Below, piece by piece: positions 1 through 13,500 of a stretch of 51,699 nucleotides of DNA; within the stretch, counting starts at the first letter, position 1, and every line of letters starts with the position of its first letter. The position numbers were made by a program, and so were the translations under genes. Origin of the DNA: Octopus bimaculoides (lineage: Eukaryota); the NCBI RefSeq assembly GCF_001194135.2, contig NC_068991.1:17446996-17498694 (forward strand), given 5' to 3'. The notes below the pieces were generated by a model. That model made no database searches. It saw nothing but the letters and a program-made list of their open reading frames with translations, and was not told where the DNA came from.

Positions 1-44
<44 letters not shown>

Positions 45-420
45 CATGTATATAATATATATATATATATATATATATTTGTATGGATGTATATATATAT
101 ATATAAATTTGTATGCATGTATATATATATAAATTTGCATGCATGTTCATATATATATATAAATTTGCATGTATATATATATACACACATGAATATACAT
201 ACTTACGTGTATATTCATATATAAATATATGCATATACATATGTATATATAAATGTGTGTGTATACATATATACATATGCAAAAATATATATGTATATGC
301 TTATACATACTTATGTAACTATGTATATGTGTATATACAACTATATACACATATACATATATCTATTGACACACCTACAAACGTGTGCTCTAATAAATGC
401 ATGTATGCATGTATGTATTT
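1..420. repeat. (TA)n / (TACA)n / (TG)n compound microsatellite
   Basis: Directly visible low-complexity tract; source of the YIYI/HTHT-type ORFs. Confidence 0.95.
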
Positions 421-1021
421 ACATACATATGTTCACATCATCACTGTAAGGGACATGCATGTACTTTATATACTCAACCTTATGTTCCCATATGCTCATT
501 TAGTATCAGCATCCATACTCATCTTCACTATTTATCAATTCCATGAACTCACTTCATTTTCTCAACTACAGTCTATCCAGTGCAGTTTGGTGTCAAGAGA
601 AGGCATAACTACCTTGCCATAAAAATAAGCATCCAGAGTGTGCTCCCTGCAGAGTGGTTGGTGTCAGGTAGGACATCAAAACATGAAATCTACAAGTGGG
701 ATGTGGTTCTGCAACCCCACCCAGTTGTTTATCAGGGATCCTTTGAACATTATGGAGTCTTGATTTCTTTCAGTACAGTATTAGACAAAACCAGACTAGT
801 TAAGGCAAAATAGCTGTGTTACTTTATACTTAAGTGCTTTGAGTTTCATTTGTGTAATGGGGGTGTTAGGTACAAGGTCCTAACCTTGGGTGATTTTTAA
901 ACATGATGTTAAGATCATCTGGTCAATGTTGTTGGCATACTGATCATAAACATACATGTATTATAATATATATAATATACATATTACATATATTATATCA
1001 TGTTATACATATGTATGTACA

Positions 1022-1076
<55 letters not shown>

Positions 1077-2835
1077 CACACACAAAGTAGATGACATACA
1101 GTCAAATGATTAAGCAGTTCACTTCACAACCACAAGGTACACGGCTCAATCTCACCTTAAACAAGTGTAATTTTCTATAGCCTGAGGTCAACCCATATTT
1201 GGGGGAGACAGAGACTGTATACAAGCCTGTAAGATAGATTGTAACAGTAAGCAAAGGTTTGTCATACAGTGTCTTGACGATTCTATGGGAGAATTACATT
1301 AGGAGTACATGTCTGTGGAATGCTCAGCCACTTACACATTAGTTCAATAATCCTGTTTAGCTGATTGAACAACTGAAAACTGTTGATTGGAAATTCTGAC
1401 AGACACTTCCATTTTAAACATTTATACAAGGACCTTACACACAAAAAAGTGTGATGCATCTGATAATCTTACCATAAGGCTTATGGATAAAGGCCCCTTG
1501 TTTTGTTTTATTTATCTGGCTTACTATAGCCAGAGCATTAACTATTTCTGCATTTCATTACCAGGTCCTTGTTCTTTCTTTGCTATTATTGTCAATTGTA
1601 TTGTGGTTGAACTCTTAAATAACAGAGCAAAAGTAGTGCACATGGAATAGAATTTAACTTTTTCTCTTTCCATCATGTTACCTTCTTCAGTTTCTGGGAA
1701 GTATTAGTATACTGAGAACTTTTCCTTGTGTGTGGTGTCTTTCAGAGTGATAATAAGTATGACAAAACTAAGCTAGATATTTGCAATATAATTACTGAAA
1801 TATAACTCATAGCAGGAGATAAGCGATGCTACTGCTCAGAAATACCGATTCTCATACTGAACGTGGAAAAATACTCGTACAGCCTGCAAGTATAATTGAA
1901 TATTTTTTACACATGATTGTAAGTGGTAGGTCATAATTGAATTAATTCAAAAGCGGTCGAGTACACCACACACAAACATGTACCCGTAACGTAATTCGTT
2001 TACAAAATCAGTGTGACACAGCATGATAAAACTAGACCTTTGAATTTTAAGTGGAATCAATCTCACGGACTTCTACAGTTTCAACTCAACCAAATTTCTC
2101 ACAAAACGTAAAGCTCCATCCATATACTCAAGATATCACAGTGTAGCATCAAGCCCAGTTTCTTGTGATTGTAAAGTAAACATGTTAAACATTCAGCCAT
2201 ACTGCACATCATACTTGTATTATCCAAACAGACCTACATAAGAATTCACACCATTCCAGCGACTCCAGCGAGATTGGCTTAGCACATAGTCATCAGGGGC
2301 AGATAATTAGGAGGCATACGGTGTATGCATGGACACATGTTTGGTTTCCACCGGATAGCTATGCATTGTTGGCAGCACATTTATTCAAGTTAATTAGTAT
2401 GTGTTAGTCCATTTGTGTATCTAAGGATGTCGATGAGGTGCGGGGAATGTGATAGGTAGACGGGTATGGTTTGATGAGAATAACACTGAAGAGCCCCTAT
2501 ACAGTATATATATACAAAATATTTATATATATTAATTTTACATATACCATAAATGTATTTTATACACACATATATATGTAATCTATCTCATAAAGTTATA
2601 TAAATCGACAAAATATGATCTATATCTTTATATAAAGTCTATATTATATATATCATATATCTTACATGTATATATCACATGTACATAACATTATATGTAT
2701 TATATATATCATGTATATGTTATATGCATATAAACCCCACCCTCTCTAATGTGTGTGTGTTTGTGCGCGTGTATGTGTTACCTTTTAATAAAATATAAAT
2801 ACAAATATATATATATATATATTATGAGGTGGGAG

Positions 2836-3046
2836 CGCTAAGCAGTCACGTGTATAAAAGCAATGTTATTACCAGTTCAAATATGCTAGTGGCACGTTCG
2901 AACTCGTAAGCAAGCCGTTCACTGTGTTTTGTCATAACATTGCATTTCTACAAGAACAGCGAGAAATTTTCTCCATCACAATACACAGCGAATGGCTTAC
3001 TTACGGGTTCGAACGTGCCACAAGCATATTTGAACTGGTAATAACA
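2836..3046. mobile_element. Palindromic (foldback) non-autonomous element, family P, copy 1
   Basis: Arms tgttattaccagttcaaatatgct.gtggcacgttcgaac.cgtaag.aagcc.ttc.ctgtg at 2864 onward, and their reverse complement ending at 3046. One-sided leader cgctaagcagtcacgtgtataaa (2836-2858) recurs inverted at 40326-40348. Confidence 0.75.
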
Positions 3047-3394
3047 CTGCATATATTCATATGTGTTTCTTCTTCATAGAATATAAATACAACACATATA
3101 ATTATAAAAAAAAACAAAGTATTATATATGTATCTATATATATTCCTCTGAAATATTCCACACACATATATATATAACGTGTATATGACGATATATATAT
3201 ACATATGTATATATATTGCCTCTGCCTGTGTATGTGCATAATTCCATATGTGATGTAAAAATTGTTAAGGTGTAACGTTAATAAAATGAAATACACCGGA
3301 CCGTAGAGACAGCTGTGAGACAGACATGACACACGGAAACGAAGTGGAAGAGGGGAGGGTTCAGAACTTGACACATACACTTATAAAACGAAAC

Positions 3395-3427
<33 letters not shown>

Positions 3428-3466
3428 ATAGATAAGTCATTAGTTTATATGATATACATATGTACA

Positions 3467-3503
<37 letters not shown>

Positions 3504-3839
3504 ATTAGATTAGATTACAATTCATTATATTATATGAATTAGATTACAATTCATTACATACATGTACATAAATTCGATATTACATTTATAGATTNNNNNN
3601 NNNNNNNNNNNNNNNNNNNNNNNNNNNNNNNNNNNNNNNNNNNNNNNNNNNNNNNNNNNNNNNNNNNNNNNNNNNNNNNNNNNNNNNNNNNNNNNNNNNN
3701 NNNNNNNNNNNNNNNNNNNNNNNNNNNNNNNNNNNNNNNNNNNNNNNNNNNNNNNNNNNNNNNNNNNNNNNNNNNNNNNNNNNNNNNNNNNNNNNNNNNN
3801 NNNNNNNNNNNNNNNNNNNNNNNNNNNNNNNNNNNNNNN

Positions 3840-3879
<40 letters not shown>

Positions 3880-3949
3880 TCACACACACACACACATACA
3901 TAGAAACAAACACGCGTATAGAAATAGAGGGATATGTCTATATACTTAC

Positions 3950-4134
3950 TCCGATGTCTTCCAGGTCAATGAGAGACGTAGGTGATGGGGCATCGCGGCT
4001 TTTCTCCAATAGCTTATTCTTCCATTCCAACCAAAGGCTCGGTTCCGAATGGAATCTTTTAAACAGTAACAGTTCGTAACCATGGAATATGTGAGCCATG
4101 GTGAACCCAGCACAGAGGCCAAGGCTGGCATGCT
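3950..4134 (-). CDS. Exon of an unidentified protein-coding gene (gene X); preferred frame (E)HASLGLCAGFTMAHIFHGYELLLFKRFHSEPSLWLEWKNKLLEKSRDAPSPTSLIDLEDIG
   Basis: Acceptor ctctttcccccag and donor GGA|gtaagt; 185 nt, open in a phase-1 to phase-0 frame; complex sequence amid low-complexity DNA. Family not recognised. Confidence 0.7.
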
Positions 4135-4242
4135 CTGGGGGAAAGAGATAGACTTAAATTTTTTCTTCTTTATGCTTTTTCCTTGTATGATATTTCTGCT
4201 TTGGTTTGGGTCTTACAGTGAAAAGTTTCAAATCTGTTGACA

Positions 4243-4283
<41 letters not shown>

Positions 4284-4593
4284 CGTGTATATGATTCTTC
4301 TATAACTAGTGATATTGCATTCCTTCCCTGTTACATCTCTTCATTCATCAAAGAAAACTGGCTTGCAGCTAGCTAACTAGCTATGCTGACTCTCTTTCTC
4401 CCTCGCTCGCTCTGTCTCTCTCTCTCTCTCTCCCTAATATATGACGATGTTGACGAGACGGACATCAAAAACACAAAACACTCACATAGCACACCACTAT
4501 TTAGTTCGGAATTATTGTCAATGGAATTAATTAATTATTACTATAATTATTATCCTTGTTAATTATTGCTCCTGTAAATCTGCGCTTGGTTAC

Positions 4594-4666
4594 CATTCCC
4601 AGCGACCGCCACACCACACGATTGCCCGTCGTCGTCGATGACGGCTGCGGCGGTTTGCGTACATGT
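4594..4666 (-). CDS. Candidate upstream exon of gene X (TCTQTAAAVIDDDGQSCGVAVAGN), coding or 5'UTR
   Basis: Acceptor ttgttttgtcag and donor AATG|gtaacc; 73 nt ending in phase 1, which splices in frame to 3950-4134; CpG-rich. Confidence 0.5.
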
Positions 4667-5568
4667 CTGACAAAACAATCCAAGCTGGGATGGTCGCCAT
4701 CATCACTGCACGTCTCCCTCACTCTCTTTGTCAGTCTCTTATTCGCTTACCTTGTATCTTTTTTTCTCTCTCACACATACACTCTCTCCATCTCTCTCTC
4801 ATTCATTTATTCTTTCTTTCTTCTTTAAATTATACATATATGTATATACATGTATAAATATATAAAACTTGTGCAAACATTATCTCCCCTGGTAAGCGGG
4901 TTGTTCTCCGATAGATGAGGCGCACTTCCTAGGCTAAAATACAAAGCACTCGTAGGGAAAAGAAAAGGACTGGATAATAAGAGAGAGGGAGATATAAAAA
5001 GGCACTTTTCCTCTCTTTGTCTTTCTCTTTCTATCTATTTACCTACTTTTATTTTCTCTCTCGTACTTGACTAAATCAGTCTTCGTTCACTCCTCTTACT
5101 CTCCCTCACTTAATCCTTCTCATACAGTCTCTCTCTCTCTCTCTCTCTATCTATCTACTTATTTCTCTCCTTTGCTTCTTATTATACCTTTATGTTTCTT
5201 TATTTCTATACTTTCTCCTACTACATGCACCCTTACAAAATAGATGATAATCCCTGATGAAAAATGTTTTATTTTTAGATTGCAAGACAAAATTATTACA
5301 TATTTACGTACAAAATAAATAAATACATATACACGTAAGAAAGCAGAGATAGAGAGATGAGTATAGGAAAGAGAGAGAGAGAGAGAGAGAGGGTGTGTGT
5401 CTAAATGTGTGTGTTTGTTTCCATAAAGCATGTGATTCTTTTAACATAAAAACAAACATATGTATAATAATGTATGCATACGTGTATGTTTCTATGTGTA
5501 TATACGTGTGTGTATGTATGTATTCATATATGTGTATATACATATGTCTGCATATATGCATTATATAC

Positions 5569-5615
<47 letters not shown>

Positions 5616-5745
5616 GGTGTGTGTATGTGTGTATATATATATGTGTATATATATATGTAAGTACGTTATATATATGTGTATATATGTGTGTGTGTATATA
5701 TATATATGCAAGTGTACGTTATATATATGCTCACTCATATGTGTG

Positions 5746-5778
<33 letters not shown>

Positions 5779-6909
5779 TTACACATACATAAGATTGTAT
5801 GTATGTATGTATGTATGCACGTATGCATGAAATATGTGTAGGTAACCAAAATATTTAACTTCGTACGCCGAAACAATTCTTAGAAAAATCAGTAAAATAG
5901 GAATATACATTAGTGGTTTATTAATTTTATTTCTTGAAAGGAAAAAAAAAAAATAAGGATAATCCAGCTTTTATTTCTTTGTATATAACAATAATTTGTC
6001 AAAGACTATGTTTTCGTAAAGAAAAGAAGAAAAAAAACTGGATCATATGACATGCATGACATTCCGAAAGGCATTGGAACAAGGTGGCAGAGTATAGAAT
6101 ATAAAGAGAATTGAAAGGGTTCAAGATGAGGATTGAAACTAGGATAGGCATCTCGGATTATATGCTCTCTCGGCGCTCTCTGCACTACAGTACTCGTCAC
6201 ATCATAGTACTCAATATTCTGAACACGCGTGTGACGGGTAGAACTTCACAGCTATAATTATTTAGTTCGAACAATTGAGATTTCTCATAGGCATGTACAC
6301 GTGCACCTGAGTGTGTATGTTTGTAAGTGTGCACATATTTACATTTAAGGCGAGCGATAGAGGAAGTCAGTTTGCTAACGGGTTTCGATCCTCGGTTGAA
6401 GCTAATACGCTTCTCAAATATGAAAATCGTGTCTCATCCCTCATCTTCTCGATAATTTTGCAGACATGTACCTGCACGCCTCTGCGAGGTTGCTTGACTT
6501 GCTAGATAAAACAGTCATATATCTCCGTCTTATAACATACTCCACGTCTTAAACAAAGGACACATTAGTTAATGTGGTCCCACAATTCCCTAAAAAAAGG
6601 GCGATAGGATCATAGCTGGAATGCCTTTGATCAGAGTTCTGCTCGATCACGGTTGCCCTATATCAGTCGATCAATTTTTGCAAAAGGCAACCCCGGGTAA
6701 TTCCCCTCACATACATCAAATTTGTTTATTTATCCTTATATCTATTTGTTTATGTATAGCCAGCATTTGGTTAGATAGATATTGTATGTCTCTTTTTAAT
6801 ATTTGGAGGGACGAGGGTGGTTTATTTCTAACAAAACAGAGTTCTGTGTGTGTGTGTGTGTGTAGCTAGCTAGTGAGACAGACAGACAGACAAACGGACT
6901 GGCGGGCAG

Positions 6910-6910
<1 letters not shown>

Positions 6911-6975
<65 letters not shown>
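6911..6975. repeat. (GATA)n microsatellite
   Basis: Directly visible perfect tetranucleotide run. Confidence 0.95.
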
Positions 6976-6976
<1 letters not shown>

Positions 6977-7059
6977 GATTGGCTAGCTGCATGGATGGAT
7001 GGGTGGATGGATGGGTGGATGATGGGCGGGTGGGTTGCTTCGGTCGGTCGGGGTGTGAG

Positions 7060-7220
7060 CAAGCGAGCGTTTGTCTGCTGCTGCTACTATTTTATAAGGC
7101 ACAGTAACAGAACAAGGTACGCTTGGTTGGCTGATTGGCTGGCTAGTGTAGGGCTCGTGATTGATGGGAATCGATGATTGGCTGAAAATGTGAACCTTTC
7201 GAATTTTGCTTCGATTGGTT
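7060..7220 (-). promoter_or_regulatory. Candidate Pol II core promoter: TATAAAA plus three CCAAT boxes, firing on the minus strand
   Basis: TATAAAA at 7096-7090 (-); CCAAT at 7138-7134, 7181-7177 and 7218-7214 (-); locally CpG-rich; oriented toward the gene X exons. Confidence 0.5.
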
Positions 7221-7749
7221 CCGAGGAAACTTGCCATAGTTTATGGTTTTATTTTTCTTTTATTTGTTGTTTCTTTGTCTCCTTGTTTCCACCTGAATTA
7301 ATTTTTCCCTATTTTTTTATTTTTTAAAGCTATTATTTAGATGCGATGGAATTTATGGACATTAAAGACTTAGAAATACAACTAGAAATTCGAATTATGT
7401 ATAGATAAAAGTTTGGAGATAATAGGGGGAAAGTACGGTGGCGAAAATAAAAAAAATAAATAGATGGATAAACAGACATACAGATAGCTAGCTCGATGAA
7501 TAGATCGATAGATGGAACAGTCAGACGGGTATACTTAAATAAAATGCATACACACACACACACACACACATATATATGGGTACTCACACACAAACGGACT
7601 GAGAAATAGATAATTGTGTGAATGTGTATAAATTATATAACGCACGTGTATGTGTGTTTATATAACATTTGCATCCGCTCACATGTACCTCCATCCATAC
7701 ATACATGCTTTTCATGTATCCATGCATGCATGCAAATGCAGTGGTACAT

Positions 7750-7817
7750 ACATGAATGGTTAAGAAGTTAACTTCGCAAACTTGTGATTCGCAGTCAATC
7801 CCACTACATGGCAGTGG

Positions 7818-7870
<53 letters not shown>

Positions 7871-8095
7871 GTCGGTCTGTCTATCTTTCTGTATACTTGT
7901 GCATTATGCTTACGATCTAAAAGCTGCTATAGTTTGTCTCAGTATCATCTTAAATCTAGCAGTCCGACAAATAGATCTCGACAAAATAAACAATAAACTA
8001 AATATATAAAATAAATACTGGTACTGAGATCGCTATGATCGACTCAGTACTTGCCTTAAAGACGTTGAGCCCAGCATGGCCGCAGAAGAATGAAA
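7750..8095 (+). mobile_element. Degenerate tRNA-derived SINE (family A) with internal (TATC)n
   Basis: Head tggttaagaagtt...caatcccactacatggca and tail ...cccagcatggccgcag...aatgaaag resemble the family A copies. Confidence 0.55.
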
Positions 8096-8615
8096 GTGAG
8101 AAGAGCAGAGAGAGAAAGAGTGAGGAAGTGAGAGGTTGAGTGCATAGATACGCGTGCTATTATCTGCGCGTGCGAGTGTGTTTGTGTGCATGTACATGTG
8201 TGCGTGCGTGTGCGCGTGTGTGTGCGTGTTGGATAGGAATGCTTTGAAAGAATGATGCAGGAGAACGGCATTTCTGCTGTCTGTTGAAAAAAAAAAAAAA
8301 GAAAGGAAAACGTTACAAATATATTTTATTATTTTAAAGCCCTAAAAATGTCTGGCCTTGTGCCAATGTTTGAAATCATTATTCGAAACATTTTTAATAA
8401 AAACAAATAAATAAATTATAGTCAGAAACTAACACATTCCTGAAATCTTTAACTAAGTCAAGATGTCCAGATTTCTCAATTACTTGGCTGTTGGTATTTG
8501 TGGCATGTGATGTTATAGAGCGAATTGGTAAACTATATTACGCCTGCCTCTTCAAACTAGCAAATCAGTGGTTTCTAAGTGCAGTGTGTGTGTGTGTGTG
8601 TGTGCATGCATGTTT

Positions 8616-8679
<64 letters not shown>

Positions 8680-9431
8680 TATACCTATCTATACATACAT
8701 GTGTGTGCGTATGTATGTGTGTATATGTATATATATACTCACATATATTTATATATATATATACACACTCATTTTAATGTATTTTATATCATACTACCCA
8801 CACATATATATGAGTGTGTGTGTGTGTGTTTGTGTGTGTGTTTGTGTGCGTGTGTGTGTGCGTGTGTGTGTGTGTGTGTGTGTATGTGTGTGTGCGTGCG
8901 CGTGCGAGTGTTGGTAATTTCATGAGTGTTAAAACTCATAAAGCTGTTACTAACGATATGTTAGTTCATGCAGTGACTATACATATAGATACTTACACAT
9001 GCATATATACATAGACACATACATTTCATGTACACAAATGCGCACATACTCAAATACATATATACATACATGCATACACACATAAATATACACACATTCA
9101 TACATAAATACACACATACACACACATATATACATACATATATACATACATACACACACTACAAATACATATACATACATACACACATACATACATACAC
9201 ACATACGTACATACAAGCATACATACATATACACACATGCACATACATACATACATACATACATACATACATACATACATACGTACAATATTCTATTGAA
9301 ACATGATTTTTTAATGAAGATTTTTTTATTAAAACGATCTTTTTTCTGTCCACGAAGAAATACAATCAACTATATTTACTTAGCACATCAAATCTAAATT
9401 GTTTATTAATAGGTATACCTTATATTCTAGG

Positions 9432-9911
9432 CACTAGCGTAGCTAGTGGGGGATGGTAGGGGCGGCACTTTTTGGTCTGCTGTAGGTAATATGTGCTTTT
9501 TGTGGGGACTTGGGTCGTTAAACGGAAAGGCCAACCCGGATACGAATTTTTTTCCCACGAGAGTTCCGGACTCCAGTTATGAACTCATTTGCATACAGCC
9601 AATCAGAGTTCAACTATCAAACTAATGAGCGCATAACAAGTGATGGGCGATAAGATAAGGTCATTTGTTAGGCATAATCTGAGAGCTGAACGATACCTTT
9701 CCTTTCACATTTTGCAAACAATCCTTCAACGGCCCGCCAGCACCAATGCGGTTTCTGCCACCAGCAACAACCTTTGTTAACTTGACACTTGACAACAAAG
9801 TCAAAGCGAGCTTTAATTGGCTGTATGCAAATGAGTTCATTACTGGGGTCCGGAACTCTCGTGGGGGAAAAATTCGCGCTCCGGACGGCACACACACTAG
9901 TTACGCTAGTG
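9432..9911. mobile_element. hAT-type MITE, 480 bp, with a second internal ~60-bp inverted repeat
   Basis: TIR cactagcgtagctagtg vs cactagcgtaactagtg (16/17); 8-bp flanks attctagg / atttcagg (6/8); internal inverted arms 9543-9603 and 9816-9876. Confidence 0.8.
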
Positions 9912-9984
9912 ATTTCAGGGTTAGACTACACTTTACTAACAAATGACTTGATTTAAGACTTTGTGTTGAATCACACTGAAGCAA

Positions 9985-10060
9985 TTATATATCGTGAAAG
10001 TGCTCTTTTGACTATCACAAAAACTATCACAACTGAGCGACGAACATCTTAGCACCTCAA
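9985..10060 (+). pseudogene. Possible remnant of a hAT (Charlie/SPIN-like) transposase C-terminus
   Basis: Frameshifted YRESAL.TITKT / QLSDEHLST resembles the Y.CES.FS..K..RS.L.DEHL dimerisation motif; very short. Confidence 0.3.
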
Positions 10061-10664
10061 GAAATAAATTTAATAGGGGATTTAACTGTTTATATGTGTT
10101 GTTAGATGGTTAAAATAATTCTGTCATCTGATTGCTTCGTTTCCAACATTACGTTCTCAAATCAAATCACTTCTTCGACAAGTACATCTTCAAAGTTTCG
10201 AAAGTGTCAACCTGGTTACAAAATCACCGAAAGATGCACAAAGAAGGTAACTTTGCAGCAACTTCACTTTATAAATCATTGCATCTTACATTTCAAATTA
10301 CCAAAACAAAGCAAAATAAAACAGAACTACTGTGTACTGCATTATAAATTAATCCATATTGTCAGTGTATGCAGTTACGCAAATTAGATGGGCCAGTTTA
10401 ACTGAATCCAAGTTTGTATACGCTATAAATAGCAATAACCTACAGATCTTTCTCTGGACAGAAGATGGGCGTTCTTTCTCTGAAGATTGTACAACATGGT
10501 TAAAATGTCAATTCTGCAGATGGATTGACTGAATTGCTTGAATAAGAAGTTGGAAGAAAAACCGCATAAGACATTGTTTCGAATGTTTTCGTCTTGAGTT
10601 CAAATCCCGACGAGGTCAATTTTGCCTTTTGAGTCGATAAATCAAATTACCAGAATATGAAAAA

Positions 10665-13500
10665 TACCTTACCTGCCTGGTTAAAGCAGGGCGGCGAGGT
10701 AGTCATCACTATGTACTCGGCTGAAAGACGGATCCTTCTAACGCGTGACAGCAGCTGTTCTACATAACTCCACAGGTCAACAATGCTCAGACAGCGAACA
10801 AGTGCATGCAGAACGGTTTCGTAGCTCTACGCTCATCTCATACAAGCCCGTCTGACGGTTCATCCGTGCTTGTAGAGTATATCTCGAACCGGTAGCGCCT
10901 CTTGATAGAACTGCCAGGCCAAGGACTCCTGGAAATTATCTATGATAGTCCCTAGCCTGAAAGGACTCCGAAACAAACTAGCCAATTCGTTTTTATCGAC
11001 GTTCAGAGACTCGTCGAGAACGTCATCATACTTCCCTGTTACTATTCTTCTACAGATTTCTAAAGTGGAACATCCATCAATCCCATTGCCCGACTCGTAG
11101 AATGTGGTGAGCGACTGGTGATACTGTAAGTGTCAGGCACCCAGTTTCAGTCTTTGCTTCACCAAAGACCTGCAGCTCAGTCAAGGACACGAGCTTCAGA
11201 AAGACGTACGTACCTCACGAATGGTGCCGACACAGGTTCCTCGTCCAAGAATTGTTGCAGGTGGTGCAACCTCAATGCGTGTCTGAGCATCAACAGCTAC
11301 CGCATACCTAAGCTGCCACTCTGAGGGTACTGGCAACAGACTGACCACTTGACCAATGGAACGCGTCCCTTCCACGGGAAACTGAATACAGACGCTTCAA
11401 CCTGATCCGATGGTAGCTAGGGCAAGGCACAACGATCAGGCGTCCTTTCAGTGACAGTTTCGTCTCTGCCAATTTCTGGGTAAGTTTGGCCATCTTGTTC
11501 ATCACCTCCTCCCAGTTCTTACCCACCTGGAGGTCGGAACCAAACCAGACTCTGAGCTGTTTAACCGATCCCTCAGTTCAGCGTCCGATAACGCCGTCCG
11601 ACAATATGGAGCTACATCTCCAAGTCCCTAGCTGCAAGTGTCCCGATTTGTTGGTTTTAATCTTGGCACCTAACACTGATTTGTATTCCTTTAGAACGGT
11701 CCAACCGTCTCTACTTCGGAGGCGTCCGACACCATTACGATGACGTCGTCCGTGTACGTCGGCACTACCCTCCCGGGTCCTAGTTCGAATGGGATACCCC
11801 TCAGCTGTCCCAACCTCCGCAGCAGTGGTTCGAGAACCAGTACATACAGAAGAGGCAAGAGCAGGCAGTTCTAACGGACCAAGTGTGCATTGCGAAACGG
11901 TTCCGATTGGTAGCTATTTATTTTGAGCATTAAGTAGCGACCGAGTTCAAAATGACTTCCAAGTAACGATGGTCGACCGTATCGAATGCCTTCGACTGAC
12001 CCAAATTGATCAAAGCCACACTGACGCACAAAGTAGGAGTTGCTGTGAATATATCTGTTCGGGATTGCGCACGTTTGCGCTTCCTCACCCTGCCCACCAA
12101 CGACAAGCACCAGTCTTTTCGCTAAAACTGGTCAGTCTTAAACTCTGTGTTTAGCAGAGTTATAACCCGACGTCCTTCCTCAGCCGCACTGTCACAGCTG
12201 CAGGAATTCTTCCTTTCTACTGCCAGTTGTCAAACAAATTTCGAGTTAACTTTCCCAAAATTTGAAGCAGAGACTTTTCAGCACTCGCTCATGTCTATAT
12301 TTAACGACCTGAAGTTATTGAGTAAGTGACCGTGCTTCCAAGCTGACCCCGAAATCACGCACATTTATACATCCGACTCTGAGGACAGCTATGCTAGCAG
12401 GAGAAAAATATGGGAGGTCACTAAATTTAGCTCTCAAGGAGGTCGATTGATTCAGAATCCTGATTGGTTGAGCGAGAAGTTTTGAAAGGTCTTTGCAAAA
12501 CATTTCTATTAGGCATTTTTCTAAACTAACATAAAATGGAAAACTTTCACCTTTAAATCTAAGTATTTTTGTAGATCTGTCTATATTAAGAGTCTATCTT
12601 TGGGAATATTGGGGGGTGAGCCTTCCCCATTAGTAGCTATGCATTTGTTATTTAAAACTTCTTTGAATTCAATGTTGCTCTTTAAAACTAGAGTAAAGCT
12701 GATGTGACTTTTCTTGTGAATTTTCACTGTTGTTTTTATTAATCTTGTGATTTGTTTTTCCTGTGATTGTGGTTGAAATAGTGTTTGCGATTAACTTGAT
12801 TTTCACAGAACTCCATAGTTGGATATCTCGCCTCAACTTCGTCGCTTGGAGAAGTCTCTAGTCTAGGGCGGTTTGTAGTAGTCGAAGAAGAGAGTCTGTA
12901 ATTGTGCATATTTGTGTTTTTCTGTGGTGAGTTGTAAGTGTTAGGGGCTTTTATTTTGAAGTGAGTTTGATATTGTAGTTTGCTGTTGTTTGGAGATGTC
13001 TATTGTTGTTGTTCTTACTGCTGCTGCAACAGCAGATACTTCAGTTTTTAATTACTTTTCTAATGTTTCTGCGATGATTTTTGCTGTTGCCAGCTTTGTT
13101 GTAGTTGTTGTTGATGCTGTTTTGTACGTGGCATTGGCAGGAACGCAGTATTTTTCCCGCTACTTTTTGTTGCTGCGGTTGGTACTATTACAAAAGTAGC
13201 TGTGGTTGGCGCTATTCCCCTCTGCCACCGTAATATTCAATTTTTGTCGAATTGGGAGTTCTGCATAATCCAGGATTTTGTCCAGATTTTTTTTTAGCTT
13301 GGCTTGAATGATGACTTCCAGCTCAATTTCTGATCACTTTTCCACTCGGATGCAAGTCATCATTCTCTTCTCTCGTACTTGGACGATAACTTCTGAAAAA
13401 AAAAAACATCACCCGTTTTGTTGATATAATGTCTCAAAGCAACTATTCTCACTTTTAAATGCTCCATATCAAATATTTACAAAGAACGAATCTTAACTAG
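10665..13500 (-). mobile_element. Decayed Tx1-clade LINE: ORF1 remnant, start of APE, large internal deletion, RT and C-terminus
   Basis: Minus-strand motifs LRVGCINVR (~12390-12360), ITLLNTEFK, AQTCAIPNRYIH, VALINLGQSKAFDTVDHRYL (~12030-11965), YTDDVIVMVSD (~11757-11725) and KNWEEVMNKM..KLSLKGR. Degenerate CCHC knuckle S-YF-C-NSTN-R-SNKK-* near 13200-13160. Many stops and frameshifts. Confidence 0.85.
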
